Source: Nitrospirales bacterium
Lineage (GTDB): Bacteria; Nitrospirota; Nitrospiria; Nitrospirales; NS-4
Assembly (NCBI GenBank): GCA_036505795.1
Contig: DASXSU010000031.1
Coordinates: 72,471 to 136,470, forward strand
Direction: 5' to 3'
Length of the DNA: 64,000 nucleotides
Position numbers and translations under genes: made by a program. Below, in pieces: positions 1-8,526 of the stretch (position 1 is the stretch's first letter; each line of letters starts with the position of its first letter). The notes beneath the pieces were generated by a model. That model worked only from the letters and a program-made list of their open reading frames with translations, did no database searches and was not told where the DNA came from.

Positions 1-468
1 CATGCCGTGGTAGACCTCCGGCGACCCCAGACCGTAAATGCATGACACCGAGGCGACAATAATAATGTCGTCGCGCTCAAACAGCGATCGTGTCGCCGAA
101 TGCCGCATCCGATCGATGGCGTCGTTAATGGAGGAATCCTTGGCAATGTAAGTGTCCGTGGAGGGAATGTAGGCTTCCGGCTGGTAGTAATCGTAATAGC
201 TGACAAAATACTCGACCGCGTTATCCGGAAAGAAGCTTTGAAATTCGTGGTACAGCTGAGCGGCCAGGGTTTTGTTATGTACCACCACCAGCGTGGGCTT
301 TTGGACCTTCGCAATCACGTTTGCGAGGGTAAACGTTTTGCCCGAGCCGGTCACGCCAAGGAGGACTTGATGCACCTCCCCCGCCGATATTCCGTCCGCC
401 AAGCTGTCGATAGCCTGTGGTTGATCTCCTCGGGGTTCAAACTCCGAGACAAGTCTGAATTGTCCCAT
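1..468 (-). CDS. uvrB: Excinuclease ABC subunit B, N-terminal 156 codons; the gene continues past the left edge of the window
   Basis: Absent from the ORF track because it runs off the edge. Manual reverse translation from the ATG (complement of 466-468) gives [115 protein letters not shown]... This has the Walker A GSGKT and a typical UvrB N-terminus, and stays in frame to base 1. Confidence 0.9.
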   Translation of the reverse strand, partial: MGQFRLVSEFEPRGDQPQAIDSLADGISAGEVHQVLLGVTGSGKTFTLANVIAKVQKPTLVVVHNKTLAAQLYHEFQSFFPDNAVEYFVSYYDYYQPEAYIPSTDTYIAKDSSINDAIDRMRHSATRSLFERDDIIIVASVSCIYGLGSPEVYHGM

Positions 469-535
469 GGCGTCTTGAGCGTAACACAGCGCTGACCGAA
501 TTGACGAGAGGGGGAGATTGCTGCCCAGGCTTCCG

Positions 536-1498
536 CTAGACGTCGAATCCCGATCCGACGCCGAAACTAGTTTCGGCTCGCTGGATGCACTGGCCGATAA
601 AACTATGCCGCATCGTGAGGGGAGAGGTCGTCCCATCCACTGCGAAACAGGCATGATCGAGGTCCACCTGACTGCCGAACTCCATCGCCTTAAAGAAGGC
701 GTCCGCCATGAGCGTTTCAATGTCCGAGGCCGGCTTGCCGACGACCTGCGCGAGTTCCGTCATGGACGTTTCGAACTGGGTCACGATCTGCGGAGACTCC
801 GGGCCGAAGATGTTTGTGGCGCAGATAGTGGTGAGCTCGACCACGATCTGTCGCGGGTCCAATGATGGCGCAACGATAAGATCTTGAGGAAGCTCCATCG
901 TTTTCGCCACAATTTCGGTAACCTCGTGCGGGGTCATGCCGGTCGCTTCAAGATGGGCTTCTTCCCGGGGCAATCCCGTTCGCTCCATCGTGTGGTCTAC
1001 CTGAAGGTAAACATTTGGCAGATACGCGGCCAACGCGAATTCCCCCAGGCTCTCCAGAAGGACGTTCGTAAAAAGAGTCTCGGGGTCCGGCAACCGGCGG
1101 ACTTCGGCCAGAGCACACGCCTGATGGCCGGCCACAAAAGTCTTCGCGAGAAGACGGCGAAGGCTAAGTGTCTGAGGCAGACGCTTTTGGACCAACTCAG
1201 CGAACTCCGTCGCGATGGCGATATCCCGTACCGTATCGTAGCCGGTGCGCATGATGGCCTGGGCAAGCGTGGTGATCTTGTCGTTGCGCCTTTGATAGAA
1301 GACGCTGTTTGCGACTTTTAAGACCCGCGCCGTAAAGGCCTGATCATGAAGAATCGCGTTCGAGATGGCGTCGAGCTTACTCTGGGGATCGGAAAGTAGC
1401 GCGATGACCTTGACAGCGGTCTGACGGATGATCGGGAGGGGCCGTCCCGCGAGAATTGTCGTTAAAGATGCGCGCAGTTCGGATGGATCAGCCGCCAT
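536..1498 (-). CDS. HDOD domain-containing signalling protein
   Basis: 320-aa ORF. It shows an HDOD-like stretch [50 protein letters not shown]. It lies directly upstream of uvrB on the same strand. Confidence 0.7.
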   Translation of the reverse strand: MAADPSELRASLTTILAGRPLPIIRQTAVKVIALLSDPQSKLDAISNAILHDQAFTARVLKVANSVFYQRRNDKITTLAQAIMRTGYDTVRDIAIATEFAELVQKRLPQTLSLRRLLAKTFVAGHQACALAEVRRLPDPETLFTNVLLESLGEFALAAYLPNVYLQVDHTMERTGLPREEAHLEATGMTPHEVTEIVAKTMELPQDLIVAPSLDPRQIVVELTTICATNIFGPESPQIVTQFETSMTELAQVVGKPASDIETLMADAFFKAMEFGSQVDLDHACFAVDGTTSPLTMRHSFIGQCIQRAETSFGVGSGFDV

Positions 1499-1572
1499 AT
1501 TTCTATTGCCTCGTATCGAGCCTGGGTGAGCAAATAACCGGCCGATTGGACGCGGTCTCGATCCTCTTTACA

Positions 1573-1601
1573 TTGACAGTGCTGGTCACATTATATAGCA
1601 T
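1573..1601 (+). promoter_or_regulatory. Candidate sigma-70 promoter: TTGACA-N17-TAGCAT
   Basis: TTGACA at 1573-1578, a 17-nt spacer, and TAGCAT at 1596-1601. It sits in the divergent intergenic region upstream of the 1639 gene. This is a motif match only. Confidence 0.3.
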
Positions 1602-1638
1602 ATACACCTAGATAGAAGCAACGGTAGCGCCCGACCCA

Positions 1639-2535
1639 TTGAACCTTTCTGTTAGCGGCCCCACAAGCCCGAGGCCACTGAGCCTGCTGATTTGGCTCGT
1701 CATCATCGGCATTGCTCTATTCGTTACCACCCTCGTGCTTCTCCATGAATTTCCCATGATGGTATCCGGCGCAGGTCGCGGGCCTGCTCCTGACCGTCTC
1801 TTTATTCTGCTTCTTGGGGGCATGGCGGGGGGCGTCGCACTGTTTTGCTATGGATTCGTTCTCGGCCAAAAGAAACGGTTAGTAGAGACGACGCCTACTT
1901 CCGCCATCCGCTCGCTGGCGGTCGGACTTGTTGAAATCGTCGGGACAGCCGAGCTGAGTGGTCCAGCGCTTCTCGCCCCCTTTAGCCGGCTCTCGTGCGT
2001 CTTCTTTTCATACAGAGTCGAGGAGCAGCAGGGTTCGGGCGACCACCGCCGATGGAATACTATCGCCGAAGGCGCTTCCGACCAGCCGTTTGGTACGAGG
2101 GACGCAACGGGTCTCGTGCAGGTCTTCCCTCAGGGAGCAGACCTCATGCTAGAAGATGCCCGGACCTACCGCAACGACTGGCTGGGGGATCTTCCTCTGA
2201 ACGTTACGACCGGTCTTGCCGCGCTCGGGATTACGGGCGCCGGATGGCTGGGGCAAAAGACCTTGCGCTGTCATGAGTCGTGCCTGCTGGCCGGCGCGCC
2301 GGTATATGTTCTCGGAACGGCCCAGGAAAATACGGCGGCGAAGAGCAGCGTCAACGAATCTCGACTCTTTATCGGCCGCGCACGCGACGGGCAGTTATTA
2401 ATTTCCGACCGCATGGAACAAGATCTGCTCACGCGCTGGGGTTGGCAAATTCCTGTCTGCCTCTACGGCGGGCCCACCATGACCGTCGCCTGCCTGTTTG
2501 CAATGTTTCACTCGTACGTGCGCAACGGGCCTTAA
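1639..2535 (+). CDS. Membrane protein with a GIDE-like (bacterial E3-ligase-like) domain
   Basis: 298-aa ORF with a TTG start in the track. It has N-terminal TM helices followed by VGLVEIVGTAE...LLAPFSRLSCVFFSYRVEE, and another hydrophobic segment at the C-terminus. I associate this pattern, and the pairing with a downstream LemA gene, with GIDE-domain proteins. The start is uncertain. Confidence 0.55.
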   Translation: MNLSVSGPTSPRPLSLLIWLVIIGIALFVTTLVLLHEFPMMVSGAGRGPAPDRLFILLLGGMAGGVALFCYGFVLGQKKRLVETTPTSAIRSLAVGLVEIVGTAELSGPALLAPFSRLSCVFFSYRVEEQQGSGDHRRWNTIAEGASDQPFGTRDATGLVQVFPQGADLMLEDARTYRNDWLGDLPLNVTTGLAALGITGAGWLGQKTLRCHESCLLAGAPVYVLGTAQENTAAKSSVNESRLFIGRARDGQLLISDRMEQDLLTRWGWQIPVCLYGGPTMTVACLFAMFHSYVRNGP

Positions 2536-2551
2536 CGCCAAGGAGACGCAT

Positions 2552-3139
2552 ATGAATCCTCTGTTGCTTGTCGGCATACTGCTGATCTTCGGTCTCATCG
2601 GAATGGCCGTGTACCTCGTCGGCGCCTACAATACATTGATCCGCATGGCGAATGATGCCGGAAAGGCTTGGGCCAACATCGACGTGATCCTCAAGCAACG
2701 CCATGACGAACTCCCGAAGCTCGTAGAGGTCTGCAACAGTTACATGGGCTTCGAGCGCGATACCTTGGAAGCCGTGACAAAAGCGCGGACGGCCTATCGA
2801 AACAGCGTCACGAGTGACGACAAGGCCTCGGCAGAGAACATGATCACGGGGGCGTTAGGCAAGCTCTTCGCTGTCGCGGAAAATTATCCCGAGCTCAAAG
2901 CCAATCAAGATTTTCAACACGTCCAAGACAGAATTTCGACGATCGAGGAGACGATTGCGGACCGGCGTGAGTTCTATAATGACTCGGTGAACCTCTACAA
3001 TATCCGAATCGCGCAGGTTCCGGACCTGTGGGTAGCAAACCAAATGGGCTTTGAATCCAAGCCGCTCTTGGCGGTCCCGCAGGGGGATCGAGAGGATAAA
3101 CCGCTTGGCTTTGCCAATCGCCCGCACCCCACGGTATGA
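2552..3139 (+). CDS. lemA: LemA family protein
   Basis: The ORF track frame begins at 2498. An internal ATG at 2552 is preceded by AAGGAGA (2540-2546). The protein begins MNPLLLVGILLIFGLIGMAVYLVGAYNTLIRMANDAGKAWANIDVILKQRHDELPKLVE, a single TM followed by a typical LemA core. Confidence 0.85.
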   Translation: MNPLLLVGILLIFGLIGMAVYLVGAYNTLIRMANDAGKAWANIDVILKQRHDELPKLVEVCNSYMGFERDTLEAVTKARTAYRNSVTSDDKASAENMITGALGKLFAVAENYPELKANQDFQHVQDRISTIEETIADRREFYNDSVNLYNIRIAQVPDLWVANQMGFESKPLLAVPQGDREDKPLGFANRPHPTV

Positions 3140-3258
3140 CATATCCTGGCGGCCCAGCTTAAAGGGTAGATCGCCCCACTTCGGCCTAGACTAGACCCGC
3201 TACACCATACCCGGATAAAATGCTGGGGGATCATCGTTCCGTGCCAGGAGGAGTAGAC

Positions 3259-4104
3259 ATGAGATCTCAACTTACGACGGCGCTGACCCGCTCGGCTTTT
3301 CTCCTCGTAGCGTTCAGTATAGTGGCCTGCAGTACGAATCCATATACCGGTCGCCACCAGCTGATGATGATCCCGGCTTCACAGGAGATGGCGATGGGCG
3401 CTCAGGCTTATCAGGAAGTCCTCCACGATCCGAAGATGCCGCCGTCCCAGGATCCGCGGGAAATCGAACCGGTCAAACGAGTGGCCGCGAGAATCATTGA
3501 AGCGGCCAAAAAATCCAAATATGCAGACACCGCCAACAAATTTGAGTGGGAAGTGACCGTTATCAAAGACGACAAGACGATGAATGCTTTCGCGCTGCCG
3601 GGCGGGAAAATCGCGGTGTATACCGGCATTTTCCCGGTGGCAAAGAACGAGGCCGGGTTAGCTGCCATCCTTGGGCATGAGGTCACCCATGCCTTAGCCC
3701 GTCACGGCGGCGAACGCATGAGCCAAGGTCTCCTCGCACAGGGAGGAGTATTAATAGGTTCACTCGTGGGGGCTGGCTACGGCATTGACCCTCAAATAAC
3801 TCAGCTTGCCGGTGGCGCTTTAGCCCAATATGGTGTCATCTTGCCGTACAGTCGTGCACATGAATCGGAAGCTGACCATATCGGATTGCTCCTTGCAGCA
3901 GATGCCGGGTATGATCCGCATGAAGCCGTGCGCGTTTGGCAACGAATGCAGGAAGTCTCCAAAGGCCAGCCGCCTGAATTCCTTTCTACCCATCCGGGCC
4001 ATGAGACCCGCATTCAACAACTCGAAACCTGGATGCCGGAAGCCCTGACACACTACCATCCCCAACCGGGTATGCAAGTGGCGGAACTGCCACGAGTCCC
4101 CTGA
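3259..4104 (+). CDS. M48 family zinc metalloprotease, probable lipoprotein
   Basis: Contains the HEXXH site ILGHEVTHALARH plus the downstream ESEADHIGL motif. The lipobox-like signal is LLVAFSIVAC-S. The ATG at 3259 follows GGAGGAG. The track ORF starts earlier, at 3220. Confidence 0.8.
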   Translation: MRSQLTTALTRSAFLLVAFSIVACSTNPYTGRHQLMMIPASQEMAMGAQAYQEVLHDPKMPPSQDPREIEPVKRVAARIIEAAKKSKYADTANKFEWEVTVIKDDKTMNAFALPGGKIAVYTGIFPVAKNEAGLAAILGHEVTHALARHGGERMSQGLLAQGGVLIGSLVGAGYGIDPQITQLAGGALAQYGVILPYSRAHESEADHIGLLLAADAGYDPHEAVRVWQRMQEVSKGQPPEFLSTHPGHETRIQQLETWMPEALTHYHPQPGMQVAELPRVP

Positions 4105-4113
4105 ACTAGCAGG

Positions 4114-4833
4114 TTGGTCCTCCAAGACTTCGCCCCGGCCGCAACCTCGCAATCCCTCCGCGATCAGGACCACCCGGTGCCACCCGAGCGGGCGGCCTGG
4201 CTCGTCCTGCTCCCGTTGGCCGCTACTGCTCTCTACTATTTCCTCCCCGACCGACTGCGCCAAAATTCGTGGATGGTCTTCGCTCCGCAGATCGCCGCGT
4301 ACGGCATGCTCGCGATCTGGCTGCTGCCAAATCGCGCCCGCGGCCGCCGGCTTTTTCTCGAACCGTCCCGGTTGTTCGAAGGCATGTACCGGGGCATGCT
4401 CATCGGCCTGGTCATGGGTACGCTAAATTTGACCCTGCTTATCGTGGTGATTCCCGGCCTTGGAGGAGACCTGAGCTTTCTACCAACTACACCTCACGCG
4501 CAAGCGCCACCGTGGCTCATGTTCCCATGGGGGATCGCCGCCATCGGCATTTTAGTGGAACTGAACTTCAGGGGATTTCAGCTGGGCAGAATACTAGCCC
4601 TAGGTGGAAACTCTCTCGCGGCGCAGGCCATTGCTGTCATCGTGTCGGCCTTGGCCTTCGCCTGGGACCCGTTCATGGTGCAGGTCTTCCGTTCGTTGCA
4701 TTGGATGGCCTTTATGGACGGCCTTGTCTGGGGGACTCTGTTATTGCGGACACGGAGTCTTTATGCCACCATGGCGGCGCACACGGTCGAGGTCTGGATC
4801 CTGTACGCAGGGCTCAAACTCTGGTTGCAGTAG
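4114..4833 (+). CDS. CPBP-like (CAAX/Abi type) intramembrane protease family protein
   Basis: 239-aa polytopic ORF. It has VELNFRGF, resembling the EExxxR motif, and a late AAHTVEVW histidine motif. The middle motif looks degenerate. Confidence 0.5.
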   Translation: MVLQDFAPAATSQSLRDQDHPVPPERAAWLVLLPLAATALYYFLPDRLRQNSWMVFAPQIAAYGMLAIWLLPNRARGRRLFLEPSRLFEGMYRGMLIGLVMGTLNLTLLIVVIPGLGGDLSFLPTTPHAQAPPWLMFPWGIAAIGILVELNFRGFQLGRILALGGNSLAAQAIAVIVSALAFAWDPFMVQVFRSLHWMAFMDGLVWGTLLLRTRSLYATMAAHTVEVWILYAGLKLWLQ

Positions 4834-4843
4834 GCACGCCGTC

Positions 4844-5167
4844 TTGCGATATCTTCTCTATTTCGTGATCGGTGGTACCGTCGTCACACTGACGACCTGG
4901 TTCGGCAGCTTCGGCCGGAGTTGGCTGGCGGCCTTTGTCTCCACCTTTCCCGCTCTGACCGCCCTCACATTCATTCTGATCTACCTGAACGGCGGCGTCG
5001 CCGAGACGGTGCCGTATGCCAAACATCTCATCTATTTCGTCGTCCCCTGGGTCGCGTACGTCGGGCTCTTCCTCTTGACGGTGAATCGGCTGGGGTTCTG
5101 GACCGCCTTGACCTGTTCAGTCGCAGCGTTCGTAGGAGTCGCAAGCCTCTTCCGCCTGATAGTCTGA
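4844..5167 (+). CDS. Small membrane protein, DUF3147/GlpM-like
   Basis: This is the 3' part of the track ORF 4604-5167. Upstream of 4834 that frame overlaps the CPBP gene. An in-frame TTG lies at 4844. The sequence LRYLLYFVIGGTVVTLTTWFGSFGRSWLAAFVSTFPALTALTFILIY resembles DUF3147. The start is uncertain. Confidence 0.45.
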   Translation: MRYLLYFVIGGTVVTLTTWFGSFGRSWLAAFVSTFPALTALTFILIYLNGGVAETVPYAKHLIYFVVPWVAYVGLFLLTVNRLGFWTALTCSVAAFVGVASLFRLIV

Positions 5168-5200
5168 AGAAGTCAGATCTGTCGTTTTCTCTTTGTTGGC

Positions 5201-5229
5201 TTGCGGGGGCAGAGCCATTTTGCCATAAT
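5201..5229 (+). promoter_or_regulatory. Candidate sigma-70 promoter with extended -10: TTGCGG-N17-(TGc)CATAAT
   Basis: TTGCGG at 5201-5206, and TG at 5221-5222 followed by CATAAT at 5224-5229. It lies about 75 nt upstream of the pdxJ GTG start. This is a motif match only. Confidence 0.3.
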
Positions 5230-5305
5230 ACCGACCCATCCGCTCATCACGGCATTTCGGAAATTCACGCGCATAGAAGGAAGACCCGCCAATTCGTGAG
5301 ACGCT

Positions 5306-6019
5306 GTGGCCAGATTAGGCGTTAACATCGATCACGTTGCGACCGTGCGCCAGGCGCGTGGAGGGAAAGAGCCCGACCCGGTCGCCGCTGCTCCGTTTGT
5401 CGAGATGGCCGGCGCCGACGGCCTTGTGATGCACCTTCGCGAAGACCGGCGTCATATGCAGGACCGCGACCTCAAATTGCTTCGTGAGATTGTTCAGACC
5501 AAGCTCAACCTGGAAATGGCGGCCACCGATGCCATGACACGCATTGCCATGGAGGTCAAGCCTCACCTCGTCACACTCGTCCCTGAGCGGCGCGAAGAAT
5601 TGACCACCGAAGGCGGATTGGACGTCACGAGCCAGCAGGCACGGCTCAAAGACGTGATCCTCGTGCTTCACCAGTCGGGCATAGCGGTGAGTCTCTTTAT
5701 CGACCCGGTGTTGGAGCAGATCAAAGCGGCCCGTCGCGTGGAGGCGGACTGTGTGGAACTGCACACCGGACGCTATGCCAATGCCTTGGGGTTGAAGGAG
5801 CAGGACACGGAATTTGAAGCGCTCGCGCAAGGCGCGCGCGCGGCCTATAAATTGGAACTTGCGGTCAGCGCCGGCCATGGGCTGAACTACCACAATGTAC
5901 GCCGTTTGCGGACCATCGGTGAGATCGTGGAGTACAATATCGGTCATAGCATCATTGCCAGAGCGATATTCATCGGCCTGGAGCGAGCCGTGCGCGAAAT
6001 GAAGGATCTCTTGCGCTAG
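5306..6019 (+). CDS. pdxJ: Pyridoxine 5'-phosphate synthase
   Basis: 237 aa with a GTG start. The N-terminus [19 protein letters not shown] and the overall TIM-barrel PdxJ pattern are present. Confidence 0.9.
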   Translation: MARLGVNIDHVATVRQARGGKEPDPVAAAPFVEMAGADGLVMHLREDRRHMQDRDLKLLREIVQTKLNLEMAATDAMTRIAMEVKPHLVTLVPERREELTTEGGLDVTSQQARLKDVILVLHQSGIAVSLFIDPVLEQIKAARRVEADCVELHTGRYANALGLKEQDTEFEALAQGARAAYKLELAVSAGHGLNYHNVRRLRTIGEIVEYNIGHSIIARAIFIGLERAVREMKDLLR

Positions 6020-6039
6020 TGGCTGTCTGAACGATCAGT

Positions 6040-7614
6040 ATGGAACTCGTCACCGCAGCCGAGATGCGTGCCCTTGATCGCGCCGCGATCGAGGAGCGAA
6101 GGATCCCCGGCCTCCGGTTGATGGAAAATGCGGGCAAGGCGGTCGTCGAGGAGATGGAGCGGCAGTTCGGCCGCTTGCGGGACCGAACCGTGACTGTCGT
6201 GTCCGGCAAAGGCCAAAACGGCGGCGACGGCTTTGTCGTCGCACGGATCCTGCGTCACCGCGGCTGCCGGATTCGCGTGGTTCTTCTCGCGCCAGTGACT
6301 CAGCTCACCGGAGACTCCGCGAAGACGTTTCGGAAGTATAAACAGGCGGGCGGCCGCACCTATCAAGTCCCGGATGAAGCTTCCGTAGCCGGAATAGAAT
6401 CCCTGGTGCGCGAAAGCGAGATCCTCGTGGATGGAATTTTTGGCACCGGCTTGAACGCGCCCGTTCACGGTACGGCAGCAGGCATCATAAATCTAATGAA
6501 TAAGTCACGCCGACGGATCGTGGCTATTGATCTGCCATCCGGTCTGCACGCCGATACCGGAGAGGTCCTCGGAACCGCCGTCCAGGCATTCTTGACGGTG
6601 ACCCTCGCACGGCCAAAACGCGGGTTGTATCTCGGAGAGGGTCCGAATATCGCCGGGATCATCCGCATCGCCGACATCGGAATTCCACCGGAAGTCATCG
6701 CGCGCGCCAAAATCCCGCTTCAATTGCTGGACGCGGCTTCCGTTCGGGCTCTTTTTCCCACACGAAAGCGCGCGGCACATAAAGGCTCCTTCGGTCATGC
6801 AGGCATCATTGCCGGATCCTCAGGAAAAACGGGCGCGGCGGCCATGGCAGCCTTCGGAGCGCTTCGCGTAGGAGCGGGCCTCGTGACGGTGAGTATCCCT
6901 GAGGGTCTGAATGCCATCTTGGAGGCGAAACTCTTGGAGGCCATGACCTTCCCGGTCGCGGAAACCGCTTCGCACGGACTGGCTGAAGCTGCCAAGGCGA
7001 GTCTTCTCGGATTTGCTGCCACCAAGACCGCCCTGGCAATCGGACCCGGCATTGGAGGCGAGGCCGAGACCATCGGCCTCGTTCACGATTTGATCACTGA
7101 GATCAAACAACCCCTGGTCCTCGATGCCGACGGGATCAATGCGCTGGCGGGTCAGGCGCAGATCTTACGACGCGCGCAAGCCCCGGTCATTCTCACTCCC
7201 CATCCCGGAGAAATGGCGAGGCTGCTCGGGACAAGCGTCGGGGACGTGCAGAATGATCGCTTGGGGGTGGCAGGCGGCTTTGCTCGAGAGTTCAATGTAC
7301 ACGTGGTCTTGAAGGGGGCTGGAACGGTGATCGCTGCTCCGGATGGCGCGCTCGCGGTAAATCCCACCGGCAATCCGGGCATGGCAACAGGCGGGACCGG
7401 CGATGTTTTGACCGGCATGATTGCCGGGTTCCTTGCTCAGGGGCTTGCCCCATGGGACGCTGCCTGCGCAGGAACCTATCTGCATGGGCTCGCGGGAGAT
7501 CTCGCCGCCGCTCGGCGCGGGGAAATCGGGATGATCGCCCGGGATTTGCTGGATGCCGTTCCGGAGGCGATTCGCGCCGTACAGTCTGAAGAGAATCTGG
7601 TGCAATTCCGTTGA
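6040..7614 (+). CDS. nnr: Bifunctional NAD(P)H-hydrate repair enzyme (epimerase / ADP-dependent dehydratase)
   Basis: 524 aa. The N-terminal half has the YjeF_N motif GKGQNGGDGFVVAR. The C-terminal half has the carbohydrate-kinase motif GGTGDVLTGMIAG. Confidence 0.9.
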   Translation: MELVTAAEMRALDRAAIEERRIPGLRLMENAGKAVVEEMERQFGRLRDRTVTVVSGKGQNGGDGFVVARILRHRGCRIRVVLLAPVTQLTGDSAKTFRKYKQAGGRTYQVPDEASVAGIESLVRESEILVDGIFGTGLNAPVHGTAAGIINLMNKSRRRIVAIDLPSGLHADTGEVLGTAVQAFLTVTLARPKRGLYLGEGPNIAGIIRIADIGIPPEVIARAKIPLQLLDAASVRALFPTRKRAAHKGSFGHAGIIAGSSGKTGAAAMAAFGALRVGAGLVTVSIPEGLNAILEAKLLEAMTFPVAETASHGLAEAAKASLLGFAATKTALAIGPGIGGEAETIGLVHDLITEIKQPLVLDADGINALAGQAQILRRAQAPVILTPHPGEMARLLGTSVGDVQNDRLGVAGGFAREFNVHVVLKGAGTVIAAPDGALAVNPTGNPGMATGGTGDVLTGMIAGFLAQGLAPWDAACAGTYLHGLAGDLAAARRGEIGMIARDLLDAVPEAIRAVQSEENLVQFR

Positions 7615-8162
7615 GCTCAATAGACCACACCGGGATCGCCAACATGTCATCGGACAATCTCCGCGTTCCCCAAACCGACTCCACAGTGGAAACGGGCTCC
7701 GCTACCGAGACTGAGGCTTTAGGAGAGCGTCTTGGACAGGCCTGCCGAGGGGGTGAGATTATCGCCTTGGTCGGCCCGTTGGGCGCAGGGAAAACCTGCT
7801 TGACGCGTGGATTTGCACGGGGGCTCGGTGTCTCCGAGGGCAAGACGACAAGCCCAACGTTCGTTTTGATTCACGAATACCGCGGGCGACTGCCGCTTGT
7901 ACATGTCGACTTGTATCGGCTCGACGCAGAGGCGGCAGGCAACTTAGGGCTTGAGGAATATCTCGAATCATCTGCCGTAACGGTGATCGAATGGGCCGAT
8001 AAGATCCGGGCACAACTGCCCCGCGATTATCTTCGGATCGAATTGGAACATCGTGGTGGTGATCGGCGGCGAATCACGTTGACTCCCTTCAGCGCCGGCT
8101 ACCAGAGTCTTGTCCAGGTTGCTCTCAACAGCGCGCTGCGCCATGGAACCCAGTCGGCATGA
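7611..8162 (+). CDS. tsaE: tRNA t6A biosynthesis ATPase TsaE
   Basis: 183 aa with GPLGAGKTCLTRGFARGLG...SPTFVLIHEY. It overlaps the nnr stop by 4 nt. The nnr-tsaE pairing is common. Confidence 0.8.
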   Translation: MSSIDHTGIANMSSDNLRVPQTDSTVETGSATETEALGERLGQACRGGEIIALVGPLGAGKTCLTRGFARGLGVSEGKTTSPTFVLIHEYRGRLPLVHVDLYRLDAEAAGNLGLEEYLESSAVTVIEWADKIRAQLPRDYLRIELEHRGGDRRRITLTPFSAGYQSLVQVALNSALRHGTQSA

Positions 8163-8181
8163 AGCTGGCGGATCTTAAACC

Positions 8182-8526
8182 ATGATCCGTCTGATTCTAG
8201 TCGTCGTCCTACTCACGTTATCCTTGACGTTTTTCCTGCAGAACCGTGACGAAGAGGCCACCCTGCATTACTTCGGCGCGACCAGCAAGCCGACCCCCAT
8301 TTATAAGCCGATACTGATTTCATTCGGGGCGGGAGTTCTGATCATGGGAATTCTACTCTTTCCAGCATGGGTAAAACTGCGTATGGAATTACGGCGGTCC
8401 CGCAAAGCCTTGCAATTAGCGGAAGGGGAACTGGATCGGCGCCGCAGCCCGCTGGGGACACCCGGGAGCCGCCCTTCGTTATCCTATCCGCACGGCGAGA
8501 ACATCGAAGATGACGATGTTCTCTGA
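8182..8526 (+). CDS. Small membrane protein, LapA-like (DUF1049-type)
   Basis: 114 aa. It has two TM helices followed by a basic coiled segment, KLRMELRRSRKALQLAEGELDRRR. Its 3' end overlaps the mutS start by 17 nt. Confidence 0.45.
   Translation: MIRLILVVVLLTLSLTFFLQNRDEEATLHYFGATSKPTPIYKPILISFGAGVLIMGILLFPAWVKLRMELRRSRKALQLAEGELDRRRSPLGTPGSRPSLSYPHGENIEDDDVL

Noticed and set aside
4269-4868. ORFs 4269-4868 and the 5' part of 4604-5167, overlapping the CPBP-like gene in other frames.
   Set aside because: The 4114-4833 frame gives a coherent polytopic membrane protein. The alternates are Arg/Pro-rich. Only the portion of the 4604 frame downstream of 4834 (from the TTG at 4844) looks like a real membrane protein.
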